64,000 nucleotides of DNA from Bispira polyomma (Eukaryota): assembly GCA_965649765.1 (NCBI GenBank), contig OZ287751.1, positions 20,088,001-20,152,000 on the forward strand, read 5' to 3'. The position numbers were made by a program, and so were the translations under genes. The notes beneath the pieces were generated by a model. The model was not told where the DNA came from. It saw only the letters and a program-made list of their open reading frames with translations, and did no database searches. Shown here piece after piece: positions 1 through 13,500 of the stretch (positions are counted from its first letter, which is position 1; every line of letters begins with the position of its first letter).

Positions 1-1281
1 GGAATAACACATGGTTTGCCTTTGGTTACTACACCTTCAATCATAGTAAAAAAAAGAATTACCATATATATGTTTGGTATGTGTAAGTTTGATTCTAACA
101 TGACAAATTAAATAATTACTGTGAATTCTACTGTATTTAGTGGAATATTATATGTTACTGGAGGAACTATTTTCCTCTGGGCATCAATCCTATATGGACA
201 AAAATGGCCCATATGTAAATGGTGAATTTTTACTGAAGCTTTCGGCCAATCAGAATTGCTGACACAGCTAGGTCATGTCAGAATAATGTAATATATTACC
301 TATATAATAATGAAGGCCAAGTTCTAAGGTATTTTTATATGGTAAGGATGCTGTCATCTGCAAATAATATTATTCAAATGTCAACTGAACATGCATTCCT
401 TCCATGATAAGCAAACATTCTTGGTTCTCTGCTAGTTTTTGCCATTGTGCACTTGACATGCAACCAGTATTAAACATTGTATGTTATAAAAATACTGTTT
501 AGTTTATCAAATGGTTTTTGTAACCCTGTAATATTATTCTGTAAACAATGGGAAAGTGAACTTTATTTGTAAATTGAAACAATGTGCTTTTTATTAGGGA
601 TTTTACTCAGGGAAATATTTGTAAGTAAAAAAAAAGTTGCGGCTAGTTTGAGAGCTATTTTTTTATAAATGAGAAGCCAAACTAAAAAGGTGACTGGGAC
701 TTGTGTTTTGAAAAAATATTGTGGTTACAATTCAAATTTTTATTGGCAATTCGATGATCTTTACACTTAGGAAATATAAACTGTTTCCTGAATTGCATTA
801 AAAATATTTTGTATAATATACTGATTTAGAAGTTCTAATATAAAGATAATAACTGCAGTATTATTTAATCCAATGGACAATAATTGACGTGCATTTGCAT
901 TTCACAATAAATGTACTGTAACATTTTCTAGCTAATATATGTTACCCTTTTGTTAAAAGTCCTTGATATTTACTGATATATAATGTGTATTCATCATTTC
1001 AATGGAAGCTGACATTAAGTAAGCTTGGATCACAAAACAATAAATGCTAAAATGCGGAACACCCCGAAATTAATCCAAAATGGTCTATACATAGTCATCC
1101 AAATAGGATATTTGTAAAAACTTAAGAAGTCAAAGTTGGGAATATGTTTGTATGGATATACTGTGTGTATTAGAATTAAAATTTTCAGTGTAATTCATTT
1201 GTCGTAAAATTACCATGCTTCTATTAATGTTGCCCATATTCAGTTGTAATGTCAAGCATCTTGTGCCAATTATATTTTCAG

Positions 1282-1532
1282 ATTCTGGATCCATTTCTGG
1301 AAGATTGCCGATGCGTTGCCCGTTTGCTTTTACGTGTGATGCATGACATGACCTTGACCTCAACTATGCCCGACACCTCTAAGGAGGCGGGTGAATTGCT
1401 GGAACAGCATGAAAACTGTGTGAGTAAGGCCCTGGAAGAGCCCATGCTGAAGTCCTTACAGAATACTGGAGAAGACACCCTGACCATGATCAAGGAGGAA
1501 GTGTTCATGCATGGATCTCAGCCAGATTACAA
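1282..1532 (+). CDS. Exon A (ILDPFLEDCR...QPDY K), helical spectrin-like region
   Basis: Acceptor ttttcAG at 1280-81 and donor GTacga at 1533. It ends in phase 2, and AA plus the G of the next exon gives Lys. Confidence 0.8.
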
Positions 1533-4500
1533 GTACGAAATACTCAAATATACTTTGATACCTTAATTATCCACTGTAACGTAATAATAGCATTTTCGTG
1601 GTTGATACGAGCCAGGAAGTGTCACTATTTTACTAGAAGCATTTATGACTTTCGCTTCACCCCCCCCCCCCCCCCATCTCGTTTAAACCTGTGTGTGTGA
1701 TACTGGTAAGAGCTAAGTTTAAATTATGAGTTTATTATTATAAAGAAGAAAAAAAAGACTGTGAATCCTAATTACCTGAGTATCCATTATAGAAATGTTT
1801 AGATTGATAATCTACCGATCATTACCTTTTATAGTAAAAATTAAGGTACAGGTGAACCTCTGTTATCTGAACATCTTGGAACAGCCCCAAAAAATTCAGA
1901 TAATAGAAGGTTAATAAAATAGAAGAGATATATAGTATACCGGGTAAAAGAATATGAAAATGTAAAATTTGGGAAAGTAGAAATGTGTTCACAAAATTTA
2001 ATACAGTGGAACCCTGTTTAGTCGAATGTACTATGGTGTACTAAACAGACATTAGTAGCATTAATTTTAATAAGAAATATTGCAATGAAAACTTAAAATA
2101 ACTAACACTCAACAGGTAATTCCACTTATCAGGCTTCTACTTAAAGGGGTTTGACTGTATTCAGATAATAGAAGTTCTCAGATATTAGAGTTTCTACAGT
2201 ATAAGTTAACACGTTCTTAGGTACTTTCCACTTTACAACTTATCTAAATTAACTTTTCACTGAAGTGGTGTGATCTTGATATACATGAAGTGAAATTTGA
2301 TTCAAAAATGGGTTTAAAATAGAAAATATCTAATTATGGTTCAATAGAACCATAGTTACATAAATACAACTAAGGTAAATATAAATATATGTAAATGGGG
2401 TGGGGGGGAGGGGCGGGGCGGGGAAGACAAATCCAGGTATGTAAAGGTAAAACACAAAAGACTTCAAAGTTTTATTAAATTCAAGACATATTAAAAAGAA
2501 ATTGCTAAAGGTAAATTATTTGTGTTTTACGGTGTTCATTTTTATGAGGAAAATATATAAAAAGTCCCTATCTTTAAGAGACGCTCAGGTTTGAAGTATG
2601 AAATATCTTTTACTACATGTGTATGGCATCTCTGTTAGCCTACATTCTCATGTATGCGATTTGCGGCAAATGACGGAATCTTGCAAAATCGCACACTGTA
2701 GAATCTTAGATAAATGATGCCAGGATGCTATATTTAGAAAATTAATAGTTGTAAGTATCTAGTACATGCGATTTTACCATCCGAATGCGAAGCGAAAAGA
2801 ACCCCGGATTTAGACGTTGCACATTGGATGTCGCAAATCGCTGTAGCACACATGAAAACACATAAAGATAACTTATAAAAGAGGGAAAACTTCTCAATCA
2901 CAAAACTCAAAGCCGTTTACCGCAAATCGAGTCCATGAGAATGTAGGTTTATAGTCATCCTGCAAAGTTGGGCGGAGTGTAGTGGTAGGTTTGTCTGTGA
3001 TTTGTAAGAAGACATCAATCACGTGACCTTAAAAGTCAGAGATCTGTAACCTTTGTAGCCTCGGACTGCTAGTCTTTTTAAGTGGTTGTGCTCAAGCAAT
3101 TAATTATAGACATCCTGAATTAAAACCCTTAGTAAAAGAAGACAGTGTGACTGTCACAATATTTCTAAAGTTTTTAAGGAAAAAAATGTATTTTCAATCC
3201 AATATGTCCTGATAAAATGGATAATTATACTCATTGTATAAAATATGTTGTTGTTTTATTAAGAGTTAAACAAAATTAATGTAATATTTCATAAAAATTA
3301 ACTTTGCACTGCTATGATTTATACACTAAATTAAATAATATTAATAATGATCGTTTTGATATAGCCCAGTTACATCACTGTTATCTAATGAGCTTTGACA
3401 TTATTACCCCGGCCAGTTGTTCACTCTCATCTGAGGGAGTATACTAGCCATGCTGCCACACATATGGTGCAACGACTAATGGTTCAGACACACAGAACCG
3501 CATCCTGATCCGTAAAATCATTTAAAAACAAATTTTGTTTTCTTCAATTCACACAGGACAGAAAATTCGGCCCAATCATGGTCACAGAATGAGTCTTTAT
3601 GTTTTTAAATATTTGAAATTTTAAGCTACTTTGCAGGTTTTTAGTAGGAATCCGGATACAGATCCATAAAATATTAGAAATAAAATCTGTGTACATTTTA
3701 TCCAGGCTGGATCCGCGGATCCGGATCCCAATCCGTCTGTGTGTCTGCTTGCACTGTTTTATTTGTTTTAAAAAAGATACGGATCCGGATCCGGTTCTGT
3801 GTGTCTGGACCTTAACACCGATTAGCGGTCAGGTACCTATTTATACACCTGGGTGGAGAGGGACATCCTTGTCTAAAGTTCCTTGTCCAAGGGTACAATT
3901 ACCAGGCAAGATCGAACCAGATCCAAAGTCTGACACTCTAACTACTAGGCCACAGAGACCACTTGTCTGTGTGTTGCCACAGTTACTAAACATAAGTACA
4001 TGTATGCTAATATAAGTTGGTATAAAAGTGAGATTTGGTGTATGGTCTGTCATTAGTAAAAGTCACAAAGTCGGTTTTTTTTGTACAGCGTCAAGGCAAC
4101 ATCTGCGTGACAAATTACAGAGTCACAAATGTGCTTGTGAAGAAAAACTACCTACCATGTGTGTGTGTGTGTGTACGTTGTTATGCCTTATGCACTTGAC
4201 CATTTGACATTCAAATTGTATAGTGTAATAATGGGTGTTTGTACAGTATATCTGTGTGTATAGTATTATTTTAATGTAGTATTTGATGGTTATGGGGGAC
4301 AATCACTTTTAATAGGTGTCAATTACTTTCAGGTTTTTCAGACAGGTGAACCATATTGGGGTGTCCTGCTGGGTAGTCTATAATCTTCTAACTGATAGAG
4401 GAATCTATATATTATGTGGGCCCGTATTCTTGAACGTATACTCGGCTTAAACTCATACTCAACTCAAATACAGGCCATATGGAAATCATTGTACATGGAA

Positions 4501-7500
4501 ATAACCTATACTTGTGACCATTCATTTTAATAGAGCTTTTAACCTGGAATTCAAATATCAAGTCAGATTTAAAATATATTCACTGTATTCAGAGTTATAG
4601 AGTATCCAGATTTGAGTTGAGTATGAGTTTAAGGTGAGTATACGTTCGAGAATATGGGCCCAGTAGTCTATGTTATGGTTGAGACTAAGATTAGGGTGCT
4701 TCAAAAGGGGTTTTCTATAGGTCAAAATCCTTGTGTATTCTTGAGTTCACAAAGGAGAAATCGTACCAAATCTGTGATCTACCTTGACCAAAGGTTTTGA
4801 CAGTTTTCTGACTGATGGATAATCAATCACAGAAACTATGATTGATAGAGTCACCTCAACAGTTCTATTTAAAAAAAAAAAAACTTTATTTAGAGAATCT
4901 TAGTGTAATACGAGTTTCAAATACAGAGTTTATAATGAAATCTTTTTAAATTATATTTTTGGCACAAAACACATAACATACAAAGCAACAAGTACTTTTG
5001 GGTAAAATTCTTCCATTTGGCATGTGTGAAAATTCAGAAAATAGCAGTCTTTATCATCAGTTTGTGATTAAGTCTATGTTTCGATGTCAGCAAGGGGCGA
5101 CGGCAAACAGCCGATGTTTGACATCGGCAATTTTTATGTTTCCATGGAAGTAATTTTACAAGCGATTTTAATAAGAAAAGTGTGTGGCTGATTAATATTA
5201 TGTAATAAAAAAGCAATGTTTACATGGTGACATGCGATGCTAGACAAAGTAGGAGCAAAAAAATTGCCTTGCATTGCCGGCCGCCTATCGGCGTTGCTCA
5301 CATGGAAACAGATACTTATACATCAATAAAACCTACAAAATTGCCGTCGGCCGTCTGTTGATCACCTAAAAAAATTGCCTGCAAGGAACATCAACTTATT
5401 CAGAAACCCAAGTAATGTTATAATGCATTAGACAGACATGTACATGATTAATCATGCCCAGTTTCCTTTCATTGACTTTGTCCAACTTTTGCCTCATTAT
5501 TCCAACACTTCCAAAAAGTCCATAGGCTCTTTACAACTACCTCATTTGAAGAAAGAAGCATTCTGCAGGCTGACTTAAAGTGACTTTAAGTTCAAGTATT
5601 TGCGCTGAGTAATAAACATTCTATTTATTAACCGTATCTCATGAATTTTATTTTACTTTTTTCAGTTTCAAGGAACTAATATTGAAAGAGTAGATTTACA
5701 TTTCATATACATGTGTCTTATATATATGACAGTCATCAGTCACATGATCAATTTGATGTAAAAATACAGCCAATCCGCTGCACAAATTACTATCCGAAAA
5801 GCCAAATGTTCCATAACATCAGTATATGTTTCTTGTCAATTGTATTTACTGTATTGTCAATTACTACATGTGGTCAAACTTATCACCCCAGCTGCTGCTG
5901 TGATAGATAAATGAATATGTGTAATCAGAAACCAATGGCTATGTGTGTACACATGTGGCCTCTGATATCAGACGTACGATTTGCAAAATAAGATTCCTCG
6001 TTCCCCCCTTCTCCCCACACACACACACACATGCCTCTGCTTATATGAAAATGATTGGGTTATCTGCGATTTTACATTCTCATCCGATTTTTTTTGGTCC
6101 TGTTGCGAAAAGTTCGCATTCGGAAGCCGCAAATCATGCTTTGCAATCCGCAGTCCGACACATGGGAACAAATTAACAAAATATATGAGGAGGGAAAAAA
6201 TTGCAGCCACAAATTGGATGCCTGATGTCGGAAGCCGCATAAATATGTACACATACACTTAGAGTTGTGTGTGTTTAACGCATTATACAGTTTGGTCAAT
6301 ACCTTTACAGTATAGGGCCTACTTTTAATGAGTTATCTTGTGTGGCCATCTATTACCTTTTTTGTGAACCCCCTCTTTATGTCCACTTTTACAAACCATA
6401 TCCCTTTGAACTTTGTCCAGCCATTTACAACCAATTCAGGATATATGATTCAAGGGTGAGCCATTGAGATTGGGTTTGGAGGTGGTGTTTGGAAAGGGTA
6501 AATATTGATGGTGAGTTCTCTCCCTGTTTTTTATTTCCGTTACTTGTGAGAAAGCATGGGTGATCAGCTCTGTTAAAAGGATGGGCACACACAAGAAGAA
6601 ATTGTTTGTAACTGATCTGTTCAGGAAAATCTATGTGTAGTGCTAGTCTATAAATGTTTGCTTGACCATGAGTTGTCATTCATTGCAGTGGACTAGTGGT
6701 GGTAATGTACTTAGGTGGTGAGAACATTGGCACAGTTTATATAGAATCAGATTAACTAGATGTTTATGTATGACTCATTTGGTTAATATTGTTGATAAAA
6801 AATACCACAGGGAAGATAAAAGAAACCATGTTTCAAGATACAGGGTTGAACTTGTTAAACTGTTTGAGGGTATTTATGTGAGTAACAAATTTTGCCAAAA
6901 GAAGTTTGTTAATATGTACATGTAGAGTCAAACCCCTTTAGGTGGAACTCTGTTTAATCGATTTCACTTGTATGTTAAGATCTACCCTATTAGTGGAAAT
7001 CCTGCTTAAGTAGAAGTATTTCATCTGGGGCCGTATTCTCGAACGTATACTCAGCTTAAACTCATACTCAACTCAAAAATAGGCCATGTGGAAATCATTG
7101 TACATGGAAATAACCTATACTTGTAACCATTCATTTTAATAGAGCTTTTGACCCTGAATTCAAATATCAAGTCAGATTTTAAATATATATACCACATTTA
7201 GAGTTACACAGAATCTAGATTTGAGTTGAGTATGAGTTTAAGCTGAGTATACGTTCGAGAATACGGGCCCTGGTCCCTTGGGGTCCGACTTAAAGGGGGT
7301 TCAAGTGTAGTTGATTTACTATTGATTATTTAGAAAGTTGTAGCATTTATGGTGTGTTTAAAACCATTGTATTTTTTTAGATTAGACAAAAGTCCTACAG
7401 ACAGGTTAATGTCTTTCTGTAACTATGTACAATCAATGAAACTCAGGTACATTATACAATTGAGCCACATCCTGAAAATCACATCTTTGACATTAAGCAC

Positions 7501-10500
7501 AGCTTACTGCTATGTAGCACAGATATGTGTTAATGCCAAGGAATGATTTTACTAAAGGGTATCTAATCTCTGACTGTCGTCATTCATGATGTCATACTGT
7601 AGGTGTAAATCTGTATTTCTTGCAATTCTGTTACCACCTCTCATCTCAGTTAACCAGCTTTAGTATATATAGATGTACAATTCCATGTCCACATATGTTG
7701 TATTATACTGATGTCAACCAGACATTAACATCAAGACCCTGTAAATATACATTATTCTTGAAATTAAGCCAGTTAAACTTAAGTTAGACCTAAACTCATA
7801 TCTGAATAACTCGGTATAGTATCATTTACACCTAGTATAATTTTTAAGATTTTGACTGCAAACATATTTGTAACCAGAAGTGATAATCTAAATTAAAACA
7901 ATAATAATCAAAAGGCTATATAAATGTACAAAGAATGTCCACACAGCCATCACCTGATCTTGAGTTTATGTTAAAATACAATGTATATACTTCTCAGAAT
8001 ATTGACACACAAGGGTCTATATTCTCAACAAGAGTGGTCTTTTAAAGAAGACATCCGCACCCAGTGTGACTGACTGACACCCTCCATGAAGGCCTTACAT
8101 ATTATTTCCAATATTGATGAACTTTTCAAATTTTATTTTAAAGAGTGAAATAATAGTTACTCTTTCTGCACTCTTTCAGGACAAGAGTCCTACTAGTACA
8201 TCAGAGATCTTCCTCATTTCATGCTTCCCGATTCTACCTGATAATCGCAAGCTAATATAAATCTGACACCCCTCAGTTTCGCTGGGTTGATTGCTTCCAA
8301 CAAATCTATAAAGGTGTTCCATATTTTTAACATCGCTGCGCCCTTTTTCACAATGAAATCGACATCACACTGTGCCTGATAACATATATACTCAAACTGA
8401 TACTTAACTGAGATGAGGGCCCGTATTCACGAAGGGACTTAGCCAGGTCTTAGGCTTAAATCAGTATACTTTTGTGTTAGATTTAAGCCTAAGACCTCGC
8501 TAAGTCCTTTCGTAAATACGGGCCGAGGTTGATATATAAAATAGAATCTCTATTTTCTGAACTTCTGTTATCCAAATATTCGATTTTATGAACTCACTTC
8601 CACTCCCCCAAACTGATATTTTCCTATTGTTTTGTTCAGAAAGGCCTCTTTTATTTTATGAACCTTCTATTATCCAAATAAAAACTTCCTCTCGTAACAT
8701 GTTTCGATAATAGAGTTCTACCGTACTATACAAGATGTAGACCATAAAGATTTGAGTTGAGTTTCTCCAATGGAGTATTGTCTCCTTAGTTGATATTCAC
8801 ACACAGCTGTCACTGTTTTGCTCTTGTCACAGGGAATCCTACGACAGTGCTAAGACGTTGTTCTGTCATGTCAAAGAGAGCATGTTCCGCCTGGTGAAGG
8901 TAGCAGACGATAAACTACACCGACTTGAACACTGCATACAGCTGCGGAAGTTTGAGGAGAAAGTCACATCTGTAAGTAGTGATTCCTGTGTTTATTACAT
9001 TTCAGTCGAGTACAGTGGAACCTTTCTTATCCAAACTTGTGTTATCCGAATATTCAATGTTATAAACTTATTCCTACTCTGCCAAAGATGCCAAAGTTGC
9101 TTTATACAGCAGTGTCTCTTTCTTTTTCCTGAACATTCTGTTACCTGAGTGGAATCATGCTCTCCCAACCTCTACATGGATATCAAGACGATCTACTGTG
9201 CTATATAGTAGGTGGAAAGATGTTTCAATTGAGAAAATCTACTTTTCATCTGTCATCTGTTATATTTATTATTATTAATCAAATTATTCACTAAAAAGAG
9301 GTGTTCACTATTCAGAGGTACTATACAATTCACCAGTATCAAAGCGGGATTAGGAAACATGTTTGATATAGGGAGGTGTTTACTATTCTGAGGTACTGTA
9401 CTATTAACCAGTATCAAAGTGGGATTAGGAAACATGTTCGCTGAAAGTAAGAATTTTTTTTTTATATAAAAGTATCACATTTCATTAAAGCAATAAAATA
9501 CATATAATGCATGAATAGTGGATTGGGATATCATATACATCATTTAAAGACTTAATACAGGGGCTCATGTATTGAAGTAAAATTTATGACTGACAGAGAG
9601 GCAAGAACTGAGATTGTGTGTGGCAAGGTTTACAAGTGGTTCATTGGGAAGAAGTTCTTTAGGCTAGGTTTCTTTAGAGTAAAATAAAATATGGATTTGT
9701 GAAGTCAAAAATAGAAATTTACAAGGGCCTGGAACACATTAACTATGTGACTGTATTAAATCATTCTTTGAACATTTTTTTTACATTTCTTTGTATTGAG
9801 CTAAGCTGGTTGTTTTTTGATACACTGTATATTATACATGAAGGTTGTAATATGATATCAGTGAGATTATAGTATAGGGTTTTGAGTTTAGCTAGTCATG
9901 TATTGTAGCTAAGGATTTATTTAGGACTTGAGTTTAGTTTTACCATATGTTGCTTTGTTGAAACATATCTCCTATTTGATGATCATGTGACCTCTGTGGT
10001 AGGGCATGGGACCTATTTGAAATGGTAGAAAATATGGGAGGTGCTTTTACTAAAAACCCTTTACTTTGTGATAATGCTTGGTTATTGGAAGAGGTACAAG
10101 TAACATTGGCCGGTACCATTCCCTCTGAGGATCTAACACACAGTTATTAATGTCCATTATCCAAAATAAATCTGGAAGATTTCCCCATGGACAAAAGCCT
10201 ACTGGGAAAAAAGCCAAGGATTTTTATTGTAGTTAGAGAAAAAGCCATGGCTATGGGAGCTTTTCTCCTTTTACTAAGTATGCAACAGGGATGAAATGAC
10301 AAGCACATAGTACTGGCTTGGCTAATATTGAATGCATTAATATCGAATTCCCTCACATTTTGCCCACCTGGTGGAATAAGGGCCTTGTGGTAATGGAGTT
10401 ATTGGTTCGAATACTGTTTTAACCCTTTTGCCACCAATGTGAAAGTAATTCTACTACAGTTTACCCCTAAACGTCAAACCTCAAGGGACCAGGAATAATA

Positions 10501-13500
10501 CCTGTACTTAAGCAAGTATTTCCACATAACAGGGTCGATTTTAAGGGAACAGGTCTTCATTGGACTTTAATTTTATCCCCAGATAACAGGGAAAATGACT
10601 TAACAGAGTTCTACTTAATGGGGTTTGACTGTATATTGAGGGAGAAAAATTTGACCCACTTTTACAGCATTACAGATGATGTTTTTGCAACCACTTATTA
10701 CCTCACAAACTAAAACATACATTTATTTTTATGTTAAAAGCACTGTACCACGAAAAATGTATCCCTGTCTGCTGGGTGACCTATACATATAGCTAATAAT
10801 ATATACCGTCGACTGCTGGGCAATGGACATGGCACAGGCAGATAGAAACGGTGCTGGTCAACGGACAATGTCGTCTAGGGGTTAAACTTGTTCTGTAACA
10901 TTTAGCAGACCAGTGTATTTGGAATTGTGTGTCTAGCTGGCCAAGGTCTACCAGTAAGAATCCCGACACAAAGTTCCATGTGTAGAATATAACAGTCCAT
11001 ATAAAGTCACTATGCAACTGCCAATATTTACTTCATTTACATGTTTAGTTTTAATCACTGATATTGTATCCATGTTTGGCACTACTTCTTGCATTATTTT
11101 TATAAGTATATTTTTAGGGGATGTTTTATCATCATTATTTATTTATGATGTTATTTTTTTTTGCCATTTTGATTTCGCTGCCATATAGATCGCCAGATTC
11201 GCCGTTTCAAATGACAGGGTCACCGTTGTGAGCTGTCTGTTAGAATTTAGTGTTGATTCAGGTGATTAATGTACAGCTACTGAGATTTTTGAAATAGATC
11301 TACTACTAATTGATGTATAACTGTATGATGTAAATCCCACAAGTCCCAAAAAGTTAATTGGTTGTGATCAAATAAACAAAGGGTATTGGTACTGTGACAC
11401 ATAAACAAAATATATTCTCCTGTTACAATGATTAACAAGGTGGGCTCGCGGAATAGTTCAATTTTACTGTGATGGCTGTCATTTTAATTACTGGTTTTTA
11501 AATGGCAAAAGGGGCTCAAATGGCAGGTAAGTGAGCGTTTCCATGCAGGTAACTTTCTGAGGCGACCAGCTGACGTATAGCAGGCAATTTTCAATTTTTA
11601 TGTTTCTATACAATTATTTCAGAAAATAGATACCTGCATTTAAACCTGAATATCTCAGCCATTTCTCAACCGATTTTGATGCAACAAAAAGCACAATATA
11701 CCCGATAACATAAGCTTTCTCACCATATTTTCAGAAAATTTATACCTTCAGTATTTTTTGAGTTATTTAAATAAAACGGCAATGTTTACAAGGCGACGGG
11801 CAATGCCAGGCGATTTTTTTCGCTCCTAGTACCGAAAAAATCGCCTGGCATTGCCTGTCGCCTATCGGCGTTGCTCACATGGAAACACTTGGTTATAAAT
11901 CAATGAAACTGATAGAATCGCCGTCGGCCGTCGCTTGATCGCCTCAGAAAGTTGCCTGCATGGAAACGCTCACTTACTTTATTACCATTTTAAAATTGTT
12001 TGTTTGAACAATGAAATGGTCCATCAGGCTAAGCTAATTCTGCTTTATTGTCAGTTGGTTCCTTTTAACTTCCCAAAATATTTAAGCTCAGACATATTTC
12101 TGGTTTTGCTACCTTTGTTTATTGATAAATACTATTCTGGTTGATAGTTCAGGTTCATCATAGCATGTATAAAGGTAGTATAATTATAGACACTCCATTT
12201 AAGTAGGGTTTTGTATTGTTGTATTGAAATGTTGTGGTTGATTTGCTCTGTTTATTTAACCTAGGATAATACTCAGTGGTGGTATGTTGAAGCCCTCTTT
12301 GATGTCTGTTATATTGAATTAATACTCAGCCATAACAGTAGAATCAGGCAAAATTTCCAGTGTTATAAGAAACAGTTGTAGCAGATATAAATCACCTAGC
12401 CGGTGGGTTGGGTTTTTGTTATTTTATAACAAATTTATGAAAGTTATTCTTGCAAAGATCCGCACTCGGTGTTTACATAAGTTGTGGGACTTTCATTAAT
12501 TCCGGATTTTGTAAGATAAGTGTCTCAAAGAAACCAGTGTGGCAATAAATTAATACGAATAGCATATCAAGTACGGAAAAAAACCAACAAAAAATCCCAA
12601 GATCATAAACTATCCAGTCACCAATACTGATAGAAGTTTTGGCTCACAAAAGTTTTAAGTAATAAATCGGTGGATAAAGTGTATCTTATAGACAAATTTT
12701 TCTGTGGCCTTCCTTTATGCTTTTGTTTTACAATGTGCACAAAAAAATTCAAAACCTACCTATTTAGCAAGGCTTTTCCACCATAGCCTCTTCACTTTTT
12801 TCCCCCGGCGTTTCCATGGTCACGACCCCTGTACGTCCAATGGCTATATGAAATTGTCAAAATGATTTTCTGTCACATGTGCCTTAGAATGTGGTAGCAC
12901 AGAGATAAATGTTAATAAAACTTACATTAGATTAGATTGCATGGTTGTAAATAGTAGATTGCTTTCTGGAAAGGGCATGGCATTTTAACTCGTTAAATGA
13001 ATTTCAAATAAAAAAAGAATACTCTCATTGCATTTGCATGTCTTTAAATGACAGAAAGAAACAGTCATTTAATATTTTTACAATATCCTTTGCTCAGTTG
13101 TTTTGTGGGGCTGCGGTGGCCTAGTGGTTAGCAAGCATTGCGCTTCACAATCACTGGTCTCTCACCTCTGGGCGGCGTGAGTTCGAATCCCGTCGATGCT
13201 TATGTGGGAAAGGTGGTAGTTTCTTACTGTGGGCCGCTGGTTTCTCTGCAGAACCTTGACCGACTGTATGCAGTGTTTCCTCCAGCGTTTCCAACTATCC
13301 GTCCCAATATAACCTACTAAAAGGTACTAGAGTGGACGTTAAATATCCAAATTCAAATTCAAACTCAGTTGTTTTGTCCCTACAGGGTCCTCAATAGTGT
13401 AGTTGGTAACACACTCGCCTCCTACCTCTGCCATCGTGGGTTCAAATTTTGACCCTGGCATACTAATGTGGGAAAGTTTGTAGTAGACTTGTTGATATTG

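Noticed and set aside
2397-2423. G-quadruplex-capable G run (also 24539-24562)
   Set aside because: These are simple poly-G tracts that recur in the window with no functional context.
11524-11532. Consensus donor CAG|GTAAGT
   Set aside because: It is created by a MITE terminus. The phase-0 frame has a stop at 11485 with no ATG after it, and the ATG-led frame is phase 1, which does not fit exon C.
13107-13195. tRNA-like sequence
   Set aside because: It has A and B boxes but no closing acceptor stem. It continues into a SINE body and tail and is flanked by a TSD.
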